A stretch of 64,000 nt of DNA from Diplonema japonicum (Eukaryota; Protista; Euglenozoa: Diplonemea), in assembly GCA_964019335.1 (NCBI GenBank), contig OZ025684.1:310001-374000 (forward strand), in the 5' to 3' direction. This document shows, piece after piece, positions 9,281 through 22,035 of the stretch; within the stretch, counting starts at the first letter, position 1, and every line of letters starts with the position of its first letter. The notes under the pieces are model-generated. The model saw nothing but the letters and a program-made list of their open reading frames with translations. It was not told the origin of the DNA and did not search any database. The translations under genes were made by a program, and so were the position numbers.

Positions 9281-11877
9281 TTAGTTCAATACCGCACTTC
9301 GTTTTCCATAGGGCTCGATAAGCGACATGTCTGAAACTGCCTTCTGCAGCCTATCGCGGTAGAGCTTCACGACAGAGGAGTCATCAGCGTAGCCCTCGAG
9401 CTCCTTGATGGCGCCCTCCACGTCGCCTGCCATCATGAGGGAGTAGCTGTTGTTGTACTTGGTGTTGGGGTCCCCTCTGGCCCCCTCCGCGAGCTGGTAC
9501 ATCCACTCCATGTTCTCGTGCTCCTTCTGCTTCATCACCTCGTAGACCATGAGGGTCCTCTCACAGTGCTTCGGGAACCAGACGTGCTGCAGGGACCTCA
9601 CGTAGGCGACGTTCGTGACCTCCTCGTGCATCACCTTGTCGATCGCGATGTCCGCACCCCCCATCCGCCCCACCCGCTCCACAATGTGCACCCACGACGC
9701 CAGCGACCCGATGAACGAGTACTTCTTCATCCCCTCGCACCCCATGTGCCCGCACTTCACTTCCCCCGAGACTATCCCGATCGAGAACCTCTTCCCGAGC
9801 GTCGTGTCCCCTGCGATCCCCCGCCCGCAGGTGTACGCCGCTATCCGATGTGACGAGCAAGGCCTCGCACCGTTGAACGACACGTACAATCGGTCACCGC
9901 TGAAGCTGTCGGGGATCCCCCTGCTGGACTTCACGTGTTGCAAGGACATCGTGAGGTACTTGTAGACCTGCGACAGGGTGTCCGCTGCATGCTGCGTGTT
10001 GTGCAGGAAGGACACCACATTGCAGGCAAGCAGCGTCACCTTCTTCTGCTTCGCCTCTGCACCGTGTAGAGCGCCGTGCTTCCCTATGATGTGCCTTGAA
10101 TTCGACGAGCCCGACCCGCTCGACTGCTTGTCCGTATCGACTGCCTCGCTCATGGTGCTGGCCCCGCCTGCTGGGTAGATGTCGTCACCATTCTCATCGC
10201 TTGTCTGAAGGACAGAGGCGGGCATGTAGTTCCTGTACTCCACAAGGTTTTGGATCATCTGGAGGAAGCTGACTTGCATGAGGCGAACCTCTTGAAGGGA
10301 GCTCAGAGGGCGTTGCATGTTGACCCCCTCCAACCGCATCACTGCCACCATCGCCATCTCCTTCTCCAGCACGAGAAGAGGGTCGATGATCTTCAGCATG
10401 AAGACAACAGCCACCACAATGAGGGCCATGCCCGCAACAGTGATGACCACGTACAGGATGGTGCGCGACACGGCAAGGTCGTCGTCCACCTTGTCCTCAG
10501 CGGCCCGGATCTCCTTCTGCGTCTCTGCCACCTTCGTGTCGATGCTGCCCAGGATGTACGCCCTGTCGATCACAATGTGCACGTACCAGTCGATCCCGTG
10601 CTTGTCAGCCATCTTCCCTACTCTGTTCGTGTTCTTGACATTCCCTTCATACCTGTAGTAGAACTCCTCGCCCTCTGGTGCGTAGGCTGTTGTGAGGTTG
10701 AAGGTAGTCAGCTCTCCTGACACGGCCAAACCCTCTATGTCGGCCTCCTTCGTCAGCTGCGCCACGTCATGGATGATGCTGTCCGTGCTGTTCTCCAGCG
10801 GGAGTGCAACCAGCAACCCGTTGCTGTCGAAGCCGGCAGCGCTGTGTGTGTGGCAAATAATAAAAACCTTGCATACTTGCCATGTGACGAACCGATGAGC
10901 CGCCCTTTGGCTGTGGGGTCTGGAATCCAAGTGTCCCTGACTGTGACGAAGACACGCCCTCTAGAGGGATGGCCACCAACAGGGCCGCCGATGTCCATGT
11001 TAGAAAGGAACTTGCTGACCTTGCGGAGGTCAGCACCGGCAGTGACGAACCCAGAGCGCGCACCGCCGTGCTGGATCGGCATGAAGCAGGAGACAGAAAT
11101 GTACTCGTTGTTGATGGCGACAGGTGTGCTCCACCTGGACACGCCAAGGGGGATGAGCGACGTGAGGCCGTACAAAGGGTTCACAAGGGGGTCGAACCAC
11201 AGGGGCTGGTAACAGGGCTCATTGAGAAGGGTACCGTTGGTGGGGACGGCGGACTTCCTGCATGTAGGTGGGTCACGGTTGAGGTCGGTGCTGGCATTGG
11301 TCACGTAGGCAGGGGCACCTGTTCCTGGCTCGAGACTTGCAAGAAAGCTCATGTTGATCCCTCCGTCTGGGTGGTCATCACCGAAGTTGAAGCCTGCCTC
11401 CAGAGAGTGGTACTCCTCAGGGGGGCGCAGGTGCGTTTCCTGTGACTCGTACATTGCAATGAGAAGCCTGTTGTTCAGGAAGACACCCAAACCAGTGCAG
11501 CCTTCCGGAGTTAAGTAATACATGGACCAGTACATCCTAGCGAGGCTCTGGCTGTGCCACTCCCACCTCTTGACATCATCCCATGGGTGCGACGATAGGT
11601 CCTGGGCAAGGGTCACGGTTGCCACCCACTCGTGCTTGAGAAACTGTGTGAGATAGTCGGTGGTGCTGAACAGCAAGAGGTCCATGTACTCTGTTGTCCT
11701 GTTGCGCACGCTGTCAGAGCCCACTGTGAAGGCCGTGTTCACAGACGCATCGCGGGACTGCTTGATATCGTCCAGAGCAGCATCGCTGCTTGTCACTGCA
11801 AGGAACGAGCTCACAAAAGCCGTCACAACAACACACAGCAGCACGAGAGATATGCTCAGCACCTTGATGCTCGCCAT
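9281..11877 (-). CDS. Receptor-type cyclase-like protein, copy 3; three exons (11877-10877, 10841-10653, 10622-9281)
   Basis: Track ORFs 10753-11877 and 9281-10930 join in frame after removal of a 35-nt GT..AG intron (10842-10876). A 30-nt GT..AG in-frame insertion (10623-10652) is absent from copies 1 and 2. Confidence 0.88.
10623..10652 (-). other. 30-nt in-frame putative intron
   Basis: Minus strand GTATGAAGGGAATGTCAAGAACACGAACAG. Removal gives EEFYYRVGKMADK, matching EEFFYRVGKMADK of copies 1 and 2. Shares the GTATG donor of the other intron. Confidence 0.75.
10842..10876 (-). other. 35-nt spliceosomal intron
   Basis: Minus strand GTATGCAAGGTTTTTATTATTTGCCACACACACAG. Removal restores the frame (SHGN-AAGFDS), collinear with the paralogue SHGKVAEYT. 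Confidence 0.85.
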
Positions 11878-12783
11878 TTGAAAAAAAAAAAAAGAAGAAC
11901 TGTGGGGGGTATATGGGTTAAATCCTCTTTTTTTTTTCCCTTCTTTTTTTTTTATTTCCCCCTGAAATTTTGAGAAGCAAATATAAAAAGAGAAAATAAA
12001 AAATTTAAAAAAATAAGAAGAGCGGCGTCATAAAAAGTAAAAGTGGGGGGGGGGGGGGGGGTTGGGGTTTTATTGCCTTTTTTTTGATTTTTTTTTTCTT
12101 CTTTTTTCTTCTTTATTTTTTTTCTTTATTTTTTGACACGCACAGCAGGACTGGAAGAAGGGGAAGAGGGAGAGGGGAGGGAGGGGCAAATGTCAATTAA
12201 AAGAAGATAAAAAAGGTCTTTTTCTTTTTTCTTTTAACTTGCAGCAAAATCTGTTGTACTTGGTGCCGCAGATGTAGGGGGGGGGGGTAGAAAGGGACAA
12301 TAAATAAAAAAAAGTGACAGCCACGATGAAACAAAAAAAGGGAAAGAAAAAAAAATTAAAGCATCAACAGAGAGGAAGTGCCAATACCGGCTTTTATGTT
12401 TTTTTTTTTTTTTCTAATTCTCACATAGAGAAGGGGGGGGGGGGGGGGGGGATTTGCCAAAACGTGCTTTCTCCTGTATTCTTCATTTATCCGCCGGAGA
12501 GAATGGACGGGGGCGACGGGGCGAGGCAGGAAGAAAAAACGATAGGATATAAAAACAAAAAAAAAGAAAACGACAGGAATGGGTTGACAGGTTTACAGTC
12601 CTTTTTTCTTCTTATAGAAGAAAATTCTTTTAGTAAAATGTAATATATGTTACTTCTACGATCGGTTTTCTCTTTTTTTTCTCTCTTTTTTTTTTTTCTC
12701 CTTTTTTTTTTTCTTCTTCCCCTTTTTCCGTTCACCTTTTTTTCTTCTGTTTTTTATCACCACACGCATTGGCACATCCATTG

Positions 12784-12824
<41 letters not shown>

Positions 12825-14344
12825 TTTCAAAAGAATAGACAGTTTTGATTTGTTGCATAATCTGGGTTTTAAGTTGTAGAAAAAGGTAAGGCCCAGGAAT
12901 GCAACTACTACTTTCTAACATTTTCATTGCCAGTTTTTTTTTTTTTTTTATTTAAATCTGTTCCAAGCAAATATTAAAAGAAAAAAAGATTTTTTGCGAT
13001 GCTTGAAAAGAAACGAGTAGTTTGCAGAACTTTATTTTTCAATAGATTGTCTGATCTTTTTTTTTTTTTTTTTTTTTCAATGCCATCCATGACTGAAAGG
13101 CGAACCCCGACGGCCAGCACCAGTTGACAGGCACGTGTAGGGTCCCCCGTCCACGGGCAACAACCATCGATGTGGGGGGGGGGGAAATTTTTTGTTTGTG
13201 CGCACGAGCGGAATTTTACCTAATAAAATAGCTCATTACGCTGCCATCAACTAGTTTTTAGTCTCGACAATAATATTGTTAAAACAAAAAAAAAAAAAAA
13301 AAAAAAAAAGACTCGATAAAACTTTTCAGTAGCAGAAGTGCTCACTGCGTAAAGGGAAAAAAAAAAAAGAGAAGAAAAAAGAAAAAAAAAACCATGCAGG
13401 TTCTTAAATTTTTTTTCACCCCGTTTTCTTTTATATAAATAATATATTTTTCCCGCTCAATCTTTCTTTTAACTTCAATCCCCACCTCCTTTTTTTTTTC
13501 CCATAAAACTTCTTGGTAAGTGCCCAGGGATGAGTACTGAATTGAAAGTCAAAATTGAGGGTAAAATAAAACCACCCCAGTGACATTATTCTTCATGTCT
13601 CTCGTTCCTTTTTTTTTTTTTTTTTTTTTTTGTTCTCCTCTTCGATTCATGTTCAGTTGATTTCTTTCTTTTTTGGGGGGAGTGGGGGGAAAAAGTTTTT
13701 TTTAAAAAATGGGTGTGTGTGTGTGTGTGTGTGTGTGAGTTGGGGGTTGTTTCGCTTGCCACACATTTCTAACATTCAGATTTCTTTTCTTTTTTTTTTT
13801 TTTGTTAATCTTTCTTTTTTTTTTTTTTTCTTTCCACGTGCTCATCTATCCCTCTTTTGGTTTGCTCAAATAAGTTTGTTTGCTTTGGGTCCACATTTGC
13901 TCTCCTTTTTTAAAAAAAGGTCCCAGCAGATTCAAGGGTAACGAGCAGGATTGCGAAACAAAGCAGTAAAAGTATCGTTTGTTTTTTTTTTTTTTTTTTT
14001 TGTTTTTTTCACGCGTAAGAAAGAAAAGTAAAGAAAAAATTAAAGAGAAGGCAGCAGGAAAAAAAAAAAAAAAAAAAAAAAATGGAAAAAAAAAATGTGA
14101 AGAAAAGAGGGTGAAATAATAATAAAAAAAAATAAATAAAGAAAATTTAAAGGGGGGAAATGAAAAAGAGAAGGAGGACGGGACAAGACAAAGCACACAA
14201 ACTCAATATGAGCCCCTAAACATTGTCCAGGGTGCGTGCGCCGTGCCCATTTTGCCCATTTATTCCTTCTTTTTTTTTCTCCTTTTTCTTTTAATTTTCC
14301 GTTGATGGAAAGAAGCATGCATACTTAACCATTTAGAACCCTCG

Positions 14345-14378
<34 letters not shown>

Positions 14379-14876
14379 GGAAAATTGAAGAAATCAAAAC
14401 TTTTTTTCCGGCCCTTCTGGAGGGAAGAAGAAAAAAAAAGAAGAAAATACCAATGGTGTCCAATGGTTAAGCAATACAAAAAAAAAAAAATAAAAAAAAA
14501 AAAAGACTGAAGGTTTTGCGTTTTCGTGCTCACCAAGAAAAATATATATAAAAGATCTGGGGTCACTACCTCTTCCTTTGACCACAAATAGAAGGGGAAG
14601 AAGCAGGAAAAAGAAAGTAAAGAAAAGAAGAAGAAAAACATAAAAAGTGAGTGGTTTGTGAGGGGGGAGGGGGGTCTGTTTTCTTTCTTTCTTTCATTCT
14701 CTTGTTTGGGTTTATTTATTATTATAATATTATTATTTTTTTTTTGCATTCGTGGATACCCCATTCGTACTTAATGTGGAACAGAAACCATTTTGAATGG
14801 AAAATATTTGAACTTTTTCGATTTCGAAAAACGGATTTTAGAACCAGCCAGCGAAAAAGGATTTCTTGTTTCCCAA

Positions 14877-14910
<34 letters not shown>

Positions 14911-16015
14911 AAATTTGGAATAAAAAAACATGGAACAAAATGCGTAGATCTTCCGGATTTGGTAATTCTTCCACCAGTACAAGAACGGTACTATTTTTTT
15001 ATTTATTTTTTTTTCATTTTTCTTTTTTTGTCTAAAGCAACGAATGAAAACCCAAAAAAAAAAAAAAAAATTGACAGACTGGCTGCCATTTCTTTCTTAT
15101 TCTTTTTTATTTTGTTTCTCACCTTTTTCTTTTCCCTCCTATCAAAAAAAAAAAAAGAAAAAAAGAAGGGAAAAAAAAAATGGAGAAAAGGGGAAAATAA
15201 AATCGACCACACGAAGGGGAGGAGGGCGAGTCAAAAGAAGGAAGGAAAAAAAATAGAATGAAACAGAAGCATTTCACCTGTTTTTTGTTTTTCCCCTCTC
15301 ACTCAACCCCCCCAATTCGAAGAAACCGAGTCGAAGGTCACAAGTTTGCACAAACTGCAGGGGGAGGGGGGGAGAGGGATATGATGAGTTGTGCAACAAC
15401 ATATTGAACATTTATTTATTTATTTTTATTTTCTCTTTTTCTTTTTGCGTAAATCAGCAATGCGACAACTCCTCTATTCCCCCTCCAATCTCGTCAAATA
15501 AAAAATTGGCCAGTCAAAAAAAAAAAAAAAAAAAATTTCTTCACGACGATGAAACAAATAAAAAAAAATAAAGGAACGAAAAAAAAGTGGGGATGAATGA
15601 ACAGAAAAAAGAAAAAAGAAATATGAAAAAGAAATTGAAAATGAAAATGAAAATGAATAAAAAAAAAAAAAAAGAAAGAAAGAAAAGAAAACACAAAAGC
15701 CTTGTTGAAGTCATAGTATTATATGACACTTTGCTAGGTGTTTTCTTCTTCTTCTTCTTTTTTTTTTTTTTCCTTTCTCCTTCTTTTTCTTCCCTTCTTT
15801 TTCTTTTTCTTTCACAGGAAATTAAAGGCCACACTGGGCTGTTTTCTTTTTATATGTCTCGTGCACGAAAGCAGGAAAAGGTAAAATAAAAAGGAGAAAA
15901 AAAAAAGAAAAAAAAAACGAAGATTTAAAAAACAAAAAAAAGGATAAAGGAGAGAGGAGAAAGGGGAAAAAAAAAATTCACTATGATAGGAACGAAGTGG
16001 TTAGCAACGGCCCGC

Positions 16016-16052
<37 letters not shown>

Positions 16053-16167
16053 AACAGAAGCCAAGAAGTGCTTTTTTTTTCTTGCAAAAAAAAAAAAAAA
16101 AATCACACACATAAGGTTTCTGTTTCTTGTTTCCTCTAGACCCTTCCCTGCGGTCTCCTTAGCAATC

Positions 16168-16202
<35 letters not shown>

Positions 16203-17295
16203 AACCGGATTTGGAATATGTTGGCCCAAGTTGAGTAAATATATTTGAAGGAAAAAAAAAATCTCTGCCAACAAGTGCGACAGGGATATCAAGGGCAACA
16301 AACAATTTTTCCCTTCCCTCGGCCCTGTAATCAATTTAGTTTCAAATAACCTTTCCAGTTTGGAATAAAAATCGATACATATCGGAGGGGTGCAGCATGT
16401 TCTCAATATCCGGTACTGAAAAAACGAAAAAAATGACGAAATCTTTTCGTTTTACAGTGCAATACATAAAATCTTGTTTTTTTTTTCTTTTTTTTTTTTT
16501 TTCTCGATTCTCAGTAAAAAATAAAAGGTGAATAACCATAACGTAAAGTACATCAAAAAAGTAAAAAGAAAAAAAAAATGAGGGGGGAGGTGGACAAAAA
16601 CCAGAAAAGTAGGGGACTTTTCATTACAACTTTTCTTTTTCTCCTTGTGCGTTTTCTTTTCCCATTTTCTTTTTCCCACTCTGCCAGATGTACCGAGAAG
16701 TGAATAAGAAAAAAAAAAGAAGGAAAAAAAAAAAACAAAAGGAGGAAATATATAAAAGAAAAAAAGGAAAGTCATGGAGGAATGGAGTAAAATATGTGGA
16801 TAGAAATTTTTTATTATAAATTTTTGATTTTCTTTTTCTTTTTTTAAAGTTTTTTTTTTTTCTTCTTTTTTCGGATATTCAAAGCAACAGGGGAAAAAAA
16901 AAAAATTGTTTTTCTTTTTTGGATCCAGCCTGTTTTTTTTTTTTTATGTTGTTTTTTTTTTGTTTCTTTCTTTTTTTATTTTTTTGCAGGAAATTCATTT
17001 CTACCGAAAGGTGCTCCTTCTTGCTCTTCGCTCTTTTTCCTTCCTTTTTTTTCCCCCCACCCCCTCCCTTTTCCCCCCTCTTTTTTTTTAAAAAAAAGGA
17101 AATGACTCAAAGATTCTCTAAGTCAGGAAATGGAGGGAGGAAGAAAAAAAAAAGGGGGCGAAAAAAAAAAAAAACAAGAAAAGGTACCTTCGGGAGAAGA
17201 AATTGGAAACCTTCTTTTTTTTTTTTTTTTTAAAAAAAATTTATTTTGTCATTTTTTTTTTTTCACACGTTTTTTTGTTTTTTTTTTTTCTTTTT

Positions 17296-17751
17296 CTAGC
17301 ACAGAATCAAACAGCTTGCGTCCCAAGAGTAAGGGTCGTTGGTGTACATGTGCCTGGTGGGCGGGGTGTCGACTGTGCTGGCTGTCTCAGAGCAGGACGA
17401 GCCTTCGGGTGTTGAGAACATGTCGAGAAGTTCCTTCTGGTTGACGCCCTCCAGCACCCCAGAGCCATGCACCTTGACCCTCTTCTCCAGGGGGACCTTC
17501 CTCAGGTAGATGTGGAGCTGCTTGCACTTCTTCCCCTTCTTGCAGCTCCCCGCGTCAAAAGAAGAGCACCTCAGCTGCTCCCACACCATTTCCACAGGCA
17601 GGCGCCACTTCTCCTGGCACACCCTGCACCTCAATGTCATCTTCCTCTTGAACACCCTCACGTTGTCCCATGTGTTGTGCTTGCAGCACCTCTGCTGCAT
17701 CACCTCCGTCACTGTGGTCTCGTGAGCTACGTCGCCGTTGATGGAAGACAT
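17296..17751 (-). CDS. Small zinc-finger protein (C-x-HNTWDNVR...CRVC module plus CCCH-like finger), copy A
   Basis: 151 aa from MSSINGD; CKHNTWDNVR..LRCRVCQ..W...C-x6-C-x5-C-x3-H. The longer track ORF extends into homopolymer UTR. Confidence 0.85.
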   Translation of the reverse strand: MSSINGDVAHETTVTEVMQQRCCKHNTWDNVRVFKRKMTLRCRVCQEKWRLPVEMVWEQLRCSSFDAGSCKKGKKCKQLHIYLRKVPLEKRVKVHGSGVLEGVNQKELLDMFSTPEGSSCSETASTVDTPPTRHMYTNDPYSWDASCLILC

Positions 17752-18409
17752 GGTTTTTTTTTTGTTGAGTGGAAAAAAAAAAGGAAGTTGAAAAGAAAAA
17801 AAAAAAAATAGAGCTTGTTGTTGTGTTGTTAATGGGAACAAAGAGCCCACAAAGAGAAACGAAAAAAAAAAAAAAATTTGAACTAACAGAAGAGGTTTCG
17901 TAAGATCCCTTGTGGGCTGCGTCCCTCTGGCGTTGAGATGCAGCGAAGGTGTTTTTTTTTTTTTTTTTTGTATTTTAAAATCAGACACATCCTGCTGGCT
18001 TGCCAAGCCCACCTCTCTCCCCTTCCTCTGCTGAGAGAGGTGACTAGATGTGCTTTTTGTTCCTTGAGTGACACTTCATGTAAACAAGACCTGTGCCCCG
18101 TGGGGGTTCCTCGTCCACAGGTTTGGCAGTTTGTTCTGCGTCAGATGTCTATTCTTACTGAGCTTGCCATTGTGTTGTACCTGTCGAGGGATGGAAGTGG
18201 AACAATAAAAAAAAAGGGGGTAAAAAAAAAAAAAAACAAGAAAATGAGGAGGAGGAGACGTTGTTATTGCTTTTTTTCTTCTTTTTTTTAAAAAAAAGGA
18301 GGTTCAAAAAAAAAAAAAAAAAAAAACACTTTTATTGCTTTTAGGGTCCACACTTTTATTTTGCTCGCCTTTTCCCCCCTCTACAATCAAATTCAAAAAA
18401 AGAAAAGGG

Positions 18410-18441
<32 letters not shown>

Positions 18442-18647
18442 ATGTCCCAACAGATCCAAGGCCTAAGGGTGGCGAGCAACAATCGAGATGTCCGTAAAAG
18501 TGAATTTCTTTTTTCCCACCCCTGTTTTTTTCCCGTTTTTTTTTCTTCTTCTTTTTCTTTCACGGGCAAGGCTGCGACCCACAATAATAATTCATCAAAA
18601 TAAATTTTAAAAAAAAAGAAAAGGAAAGGGGAAAAGAAAAAGAAAAT

Positions 18648-18960
18648 GGGGCTTTGATTGCAACACTAGGTGGCGTTAAGCGTGCAACGAAGCACGAAAT
18701 ACCTACTTGATTACAGGGGGCGCTCCTCGGCCGAGTGCAGTTGCAAGAAAGCAGTAGCTTCTTCTGCGTTCCGCGTCGTGTCCTTAATGCATGCGGTGTG
18801 CTCAACCCTAGCCGGGGCGTCCCGGGTAACCAAGATTCTGCGCTCGTGCAGTTTGCTGCCTGTTCGTCACCCTGAGCATCTGCGATACGTTCTTCCACTC
18901 GGGCGCTACCGGTGATGACCGACGAGGAGGTCAACAGCGAACAACACATCTGATGTACTT
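18648..18960. repeat. Interspersed repeat B (SINE-like, up to ~310 bp); also ~2168-2340, ~7241-7512, ~7889-7939, ~34695-34800, ~51071-51124, ~51346-51465, 55937-56058
   Basis: Shared blocks CTACTTGATTACAGGGGGCGC, TTCTTCTGCGTTCCGCGTCGTGTCC and GGTAACCAAGATTCTGCGCTCGTG. Confidence 0.9.
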
Positions 18961-19006
18961 CTTATATTTCCATGTTATCCCCACCACCTAGAAAAAGAAA
19001 AAGAAA

Positions 19007-19037
<31 letters not shown>

Positions 19038-19897
19038 TGAAAATGGAGGAGAGAACCAAATAAAAAAAGAGTCGGCTGATTGTTTGTGCAACCCCGTTTT
19101 GTGCTCCCGGTCGCAGCCGGCAGCACAGTCGGGTCCGCCGGCGCCGTGGGGGCCCCCTCCGGGTATAGTATAACCGATAACTCCGACGGGTCGATGTCTG
19201 CGCAAGCCATATTTTTTGTTTGTGCAAGCCGTTTTCACCTACAGTAGGGATAAACGGACAAGCTGCCTCTACTCTTTTTTGCAATAACAATTCTTTTCAA
19301 AAATTTGTTTACTTGTTCCAGCAAAAAAAAAAAGAAAAGAAAAAGAAGAAAAGACAAAAGCAACTCACCAACTCAATGTATAGAGCCCCCAGACGTTGTC
19401 AAAGTACATGTGTTGTTGCTTTTTGCCCAAATTCTTCTCTCTCTCTTTTCCTGTTTTCCCCCCCTCCCCCTTTAAAAGAATGAAACGTAGAATATGTGTC
19501 GCCGCCAAGGGCGGGTCAAAAGATAAAGAGAGGGAAAAAGAAAAAAAAATAGAATTCATGGGCACCCCAAGAGTGGCAAGCTGCAATTTTATGCAGATGT
19601 AGCACCCGAGTGAAAGGAAATATTTCTAACGGGGGGGGGGAAGAAAAAACTGTTTTAGGGGGCAGTGAAATATATATTATATTTTATCCCCTCCCCCTTG
19701 CACAACATAGTGGTAGGGGACTCTTCAAGAGCTTCCCCCCCAAACTCCACCTAAAACCCCTAGTCTGCCCGAATCGGCCTTCATGGCCGATAACAGCCGA
19801 CTGGGGATTTTATATCTCGGCAGTGAATGGCTTTTTGAGTAGTTAAAAAGAAAAGGCCAGTACGAAAAAGAAAGAAATATATATATTAATTAAAGGA

Positions 19898-19937
<40 letters not shown>

Positions 19938-20788
19938 ACACAAAGCCTTTGTTGAAGTCATAATCTTATATGACACTTGCTAAAAGGTGTTTTCTTTCCA
20001 CTTCTTTCTTTTTTTGTAAAAAAAAAAAAATATATAAAAATACATAAGGGGCGCCACACTGAGCGGGTTATCTTTTTTTTTTTTCTTTTCCTAGCAAGAA
20101 AGCAGGAAAAAGGGAACAAGAAAAAAAAAAAGAGAAAAAAAAAAAACAGGGGAAGGGACCAGAAAAAAGGGAAGAGGGAGGGCTTCTTTCAAATTTCTTT
20201 TGTTCTTCTTCCAGTTGTACATTTCCATTCTTTCTAATCTGCAACTGAGAAAAGAAAAGAAAGAAAAATGCAAGCAAAGGAAAGATGGACCAAGAAATAT
20301 CGCCGTTCTCGGATTACTGTTTAAAGACACCCCCTAATAGCTTTAACAGTTTTAGACAAGAATGGCGAGGAGAAAGTCATGATGGAATAAGAATTGTTAG
20401 ATAGATTGTTTTCAACTATTCGTTTCTTTTTTTTTTTCTCTTCTTTCTTTAGTATTAATCTTAAAGTTTTGATATATCTTTTATTTTCTTATTTAAACTT
20501 CCTCTCTTTTTTTCGTTTTGTTCTTTTTCGTTTTTTCTTTTTTGTTTTCCCCACTTCCTCCATTCCTTTTTCTTTAAAAGGAAATGACTCAAAGATTCTC
20601 TGAGTCCGGAATGTGGAGGGGGAAAGAAAAAAAAAAAAAAGAAAAGAAGAAGAAAAAGAGAAGAAGAAGCCTTCTTTTTAAAAGGAGGGTCATTTGTTGA
20701 CTTTTTTTTTTTTTTTTTTACCGAGAGAACACATATTTTTATTTTGACATTTTTTTCACACGTTTTTTTGTTTTTTTTTTTTCTTTTT

Positions 20789-21244
20789 CTAGCACAGAAT
20801 CAAACAGCTTGCGTCCCAAGAGTAAGGGTCGTTGGTGTACATGTGCCTGGTGGGCGGGGTGTCGACTGTGCTGGCTGTCTCAGAGCAGGACGAGCCTTCG
20901 GGTGTTGAGAACATGTCGAGAAGTTCCTTCTGGTTGACGCCCTCCAGCACCCCAGAGCCATGCACCTTGACCCTCTTCTCCAGGGGGACCTTCCTCAGGT
21001 AGATGTGGAGCTGCTTGCACTTCTTCCCCTTCTTGCAGCTCCCCGCGTCAAAAGAAGAGCACCTCAGCTGCTCCCACACCATTTCCACAGGCAGGCGCCA
21101 CTTCTCCTGGCACACCCTGCACCTCAATGTCATCTTCCTCTTGAACACCCTCACGTTGTCCCATGTGTTGTGCTTGCAGCACCTCTGCTGCATCACCTCC
21201 GTCACTGTGGTCTCGTGAGCTACGTCGCCGTTGATGGAAGACAT
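20789..21244 (-). CDS. Small zinc-finger protein, copy B (identical protein to copy A)
   Basis: 151 aa ORF with a translation identical to 17296-17751. Confidence 0.85.
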   Translation of the reverse strand: MSSINGDVAHETTVTEVMQQRCCKHNTWDNVRVFKRKMTLRCRVCQEKWRLPVEMVWEQLRCSSFDAGSCKKGKKCKQLHIYLRKVPLEKRVKVHGSGVLEGVNQKELLDMFSTPEGSSCSETASTVDTPPTRHMYTNDPYSWDASCLILC

Positions 21245-22035
21245 GGTTTTTTTTTTTTTTTCGTGAAAAAAATGGAAGTTGCTGTGTTTAGTCAGGCAGG
21301 GCCCTTGATAACGAATTTTTCTTCCCCCACCAATTCTTTCTTTTTTTTTTTTTTTCTTTTTGCATTAAAGAGCCCCCCCCCCCCCCCGAATAATTCCATC
21401 CTAAATAATGTGTGGGTTCGGGTGTGGGTTTTCCGCTCCAAAATTCCCAAATAATTCCCCTACCGATGAGGACTGGTACGACGGGCAGTTGAACGCAAAC
21501 CCGCTCGAAGCTGTTGAACTGTATGCGGTCTCCCGGCTACCTACCAGGTAGCTCGTGGAGGCCATACGCTAGGAGACACTTAGCGAAGCAAGCACCCTGA
21601 AGGCGTCGGACCCTTTAGACAGTGCAGCACAGAACGTTGTTGCGGGCGTTGCAATGGACACTACACCTGACGAGACTTCAGCAAGCCCGACAGACTCCCA
21701 AGCAGTTGCTTCTCAAGCCCCAGCGGTCTGTCAACCCCGCAACTTCCCAGCAACCACCTAACACCAAAACCAGGCAGTTCGTCTGCGACATTTGTGGGTT
21801 CTCCACAGCCTGGGGGAAGACTGGTAAGAACACAAGAACAAGATGTGTTCAAAGCCCGTGCTTTCCATGTGGCAAGGCCCCCCAGCCCAAATAAATACAA
21901 CCCGAATATGTGTATTCATAATTCCTTTTTTTTTGGATCCCAAACACCCCCCCCCCCCCCCCCCCCCCCCTCCACTGTCCAAATAAGGATAATTATTCGG
22001 GCCCCTTTAAAAAAAAACTTTTTTCTTTTTTTAAT

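Noticed and set aside
126-11973. Recurrent plus-strand ORFs such as MDHLEEADL... and MLLLLHHLV...
   Set aside because: Antisense shadows of the GC3-rich cyclase genes; they repeat only because those genes are duplicated.
12000-17290. Many poly-Phe/poly-Lys ORFs here and in other intergenic regions
   Set aside because: Translations of homopolymer tracts with no coding signature.
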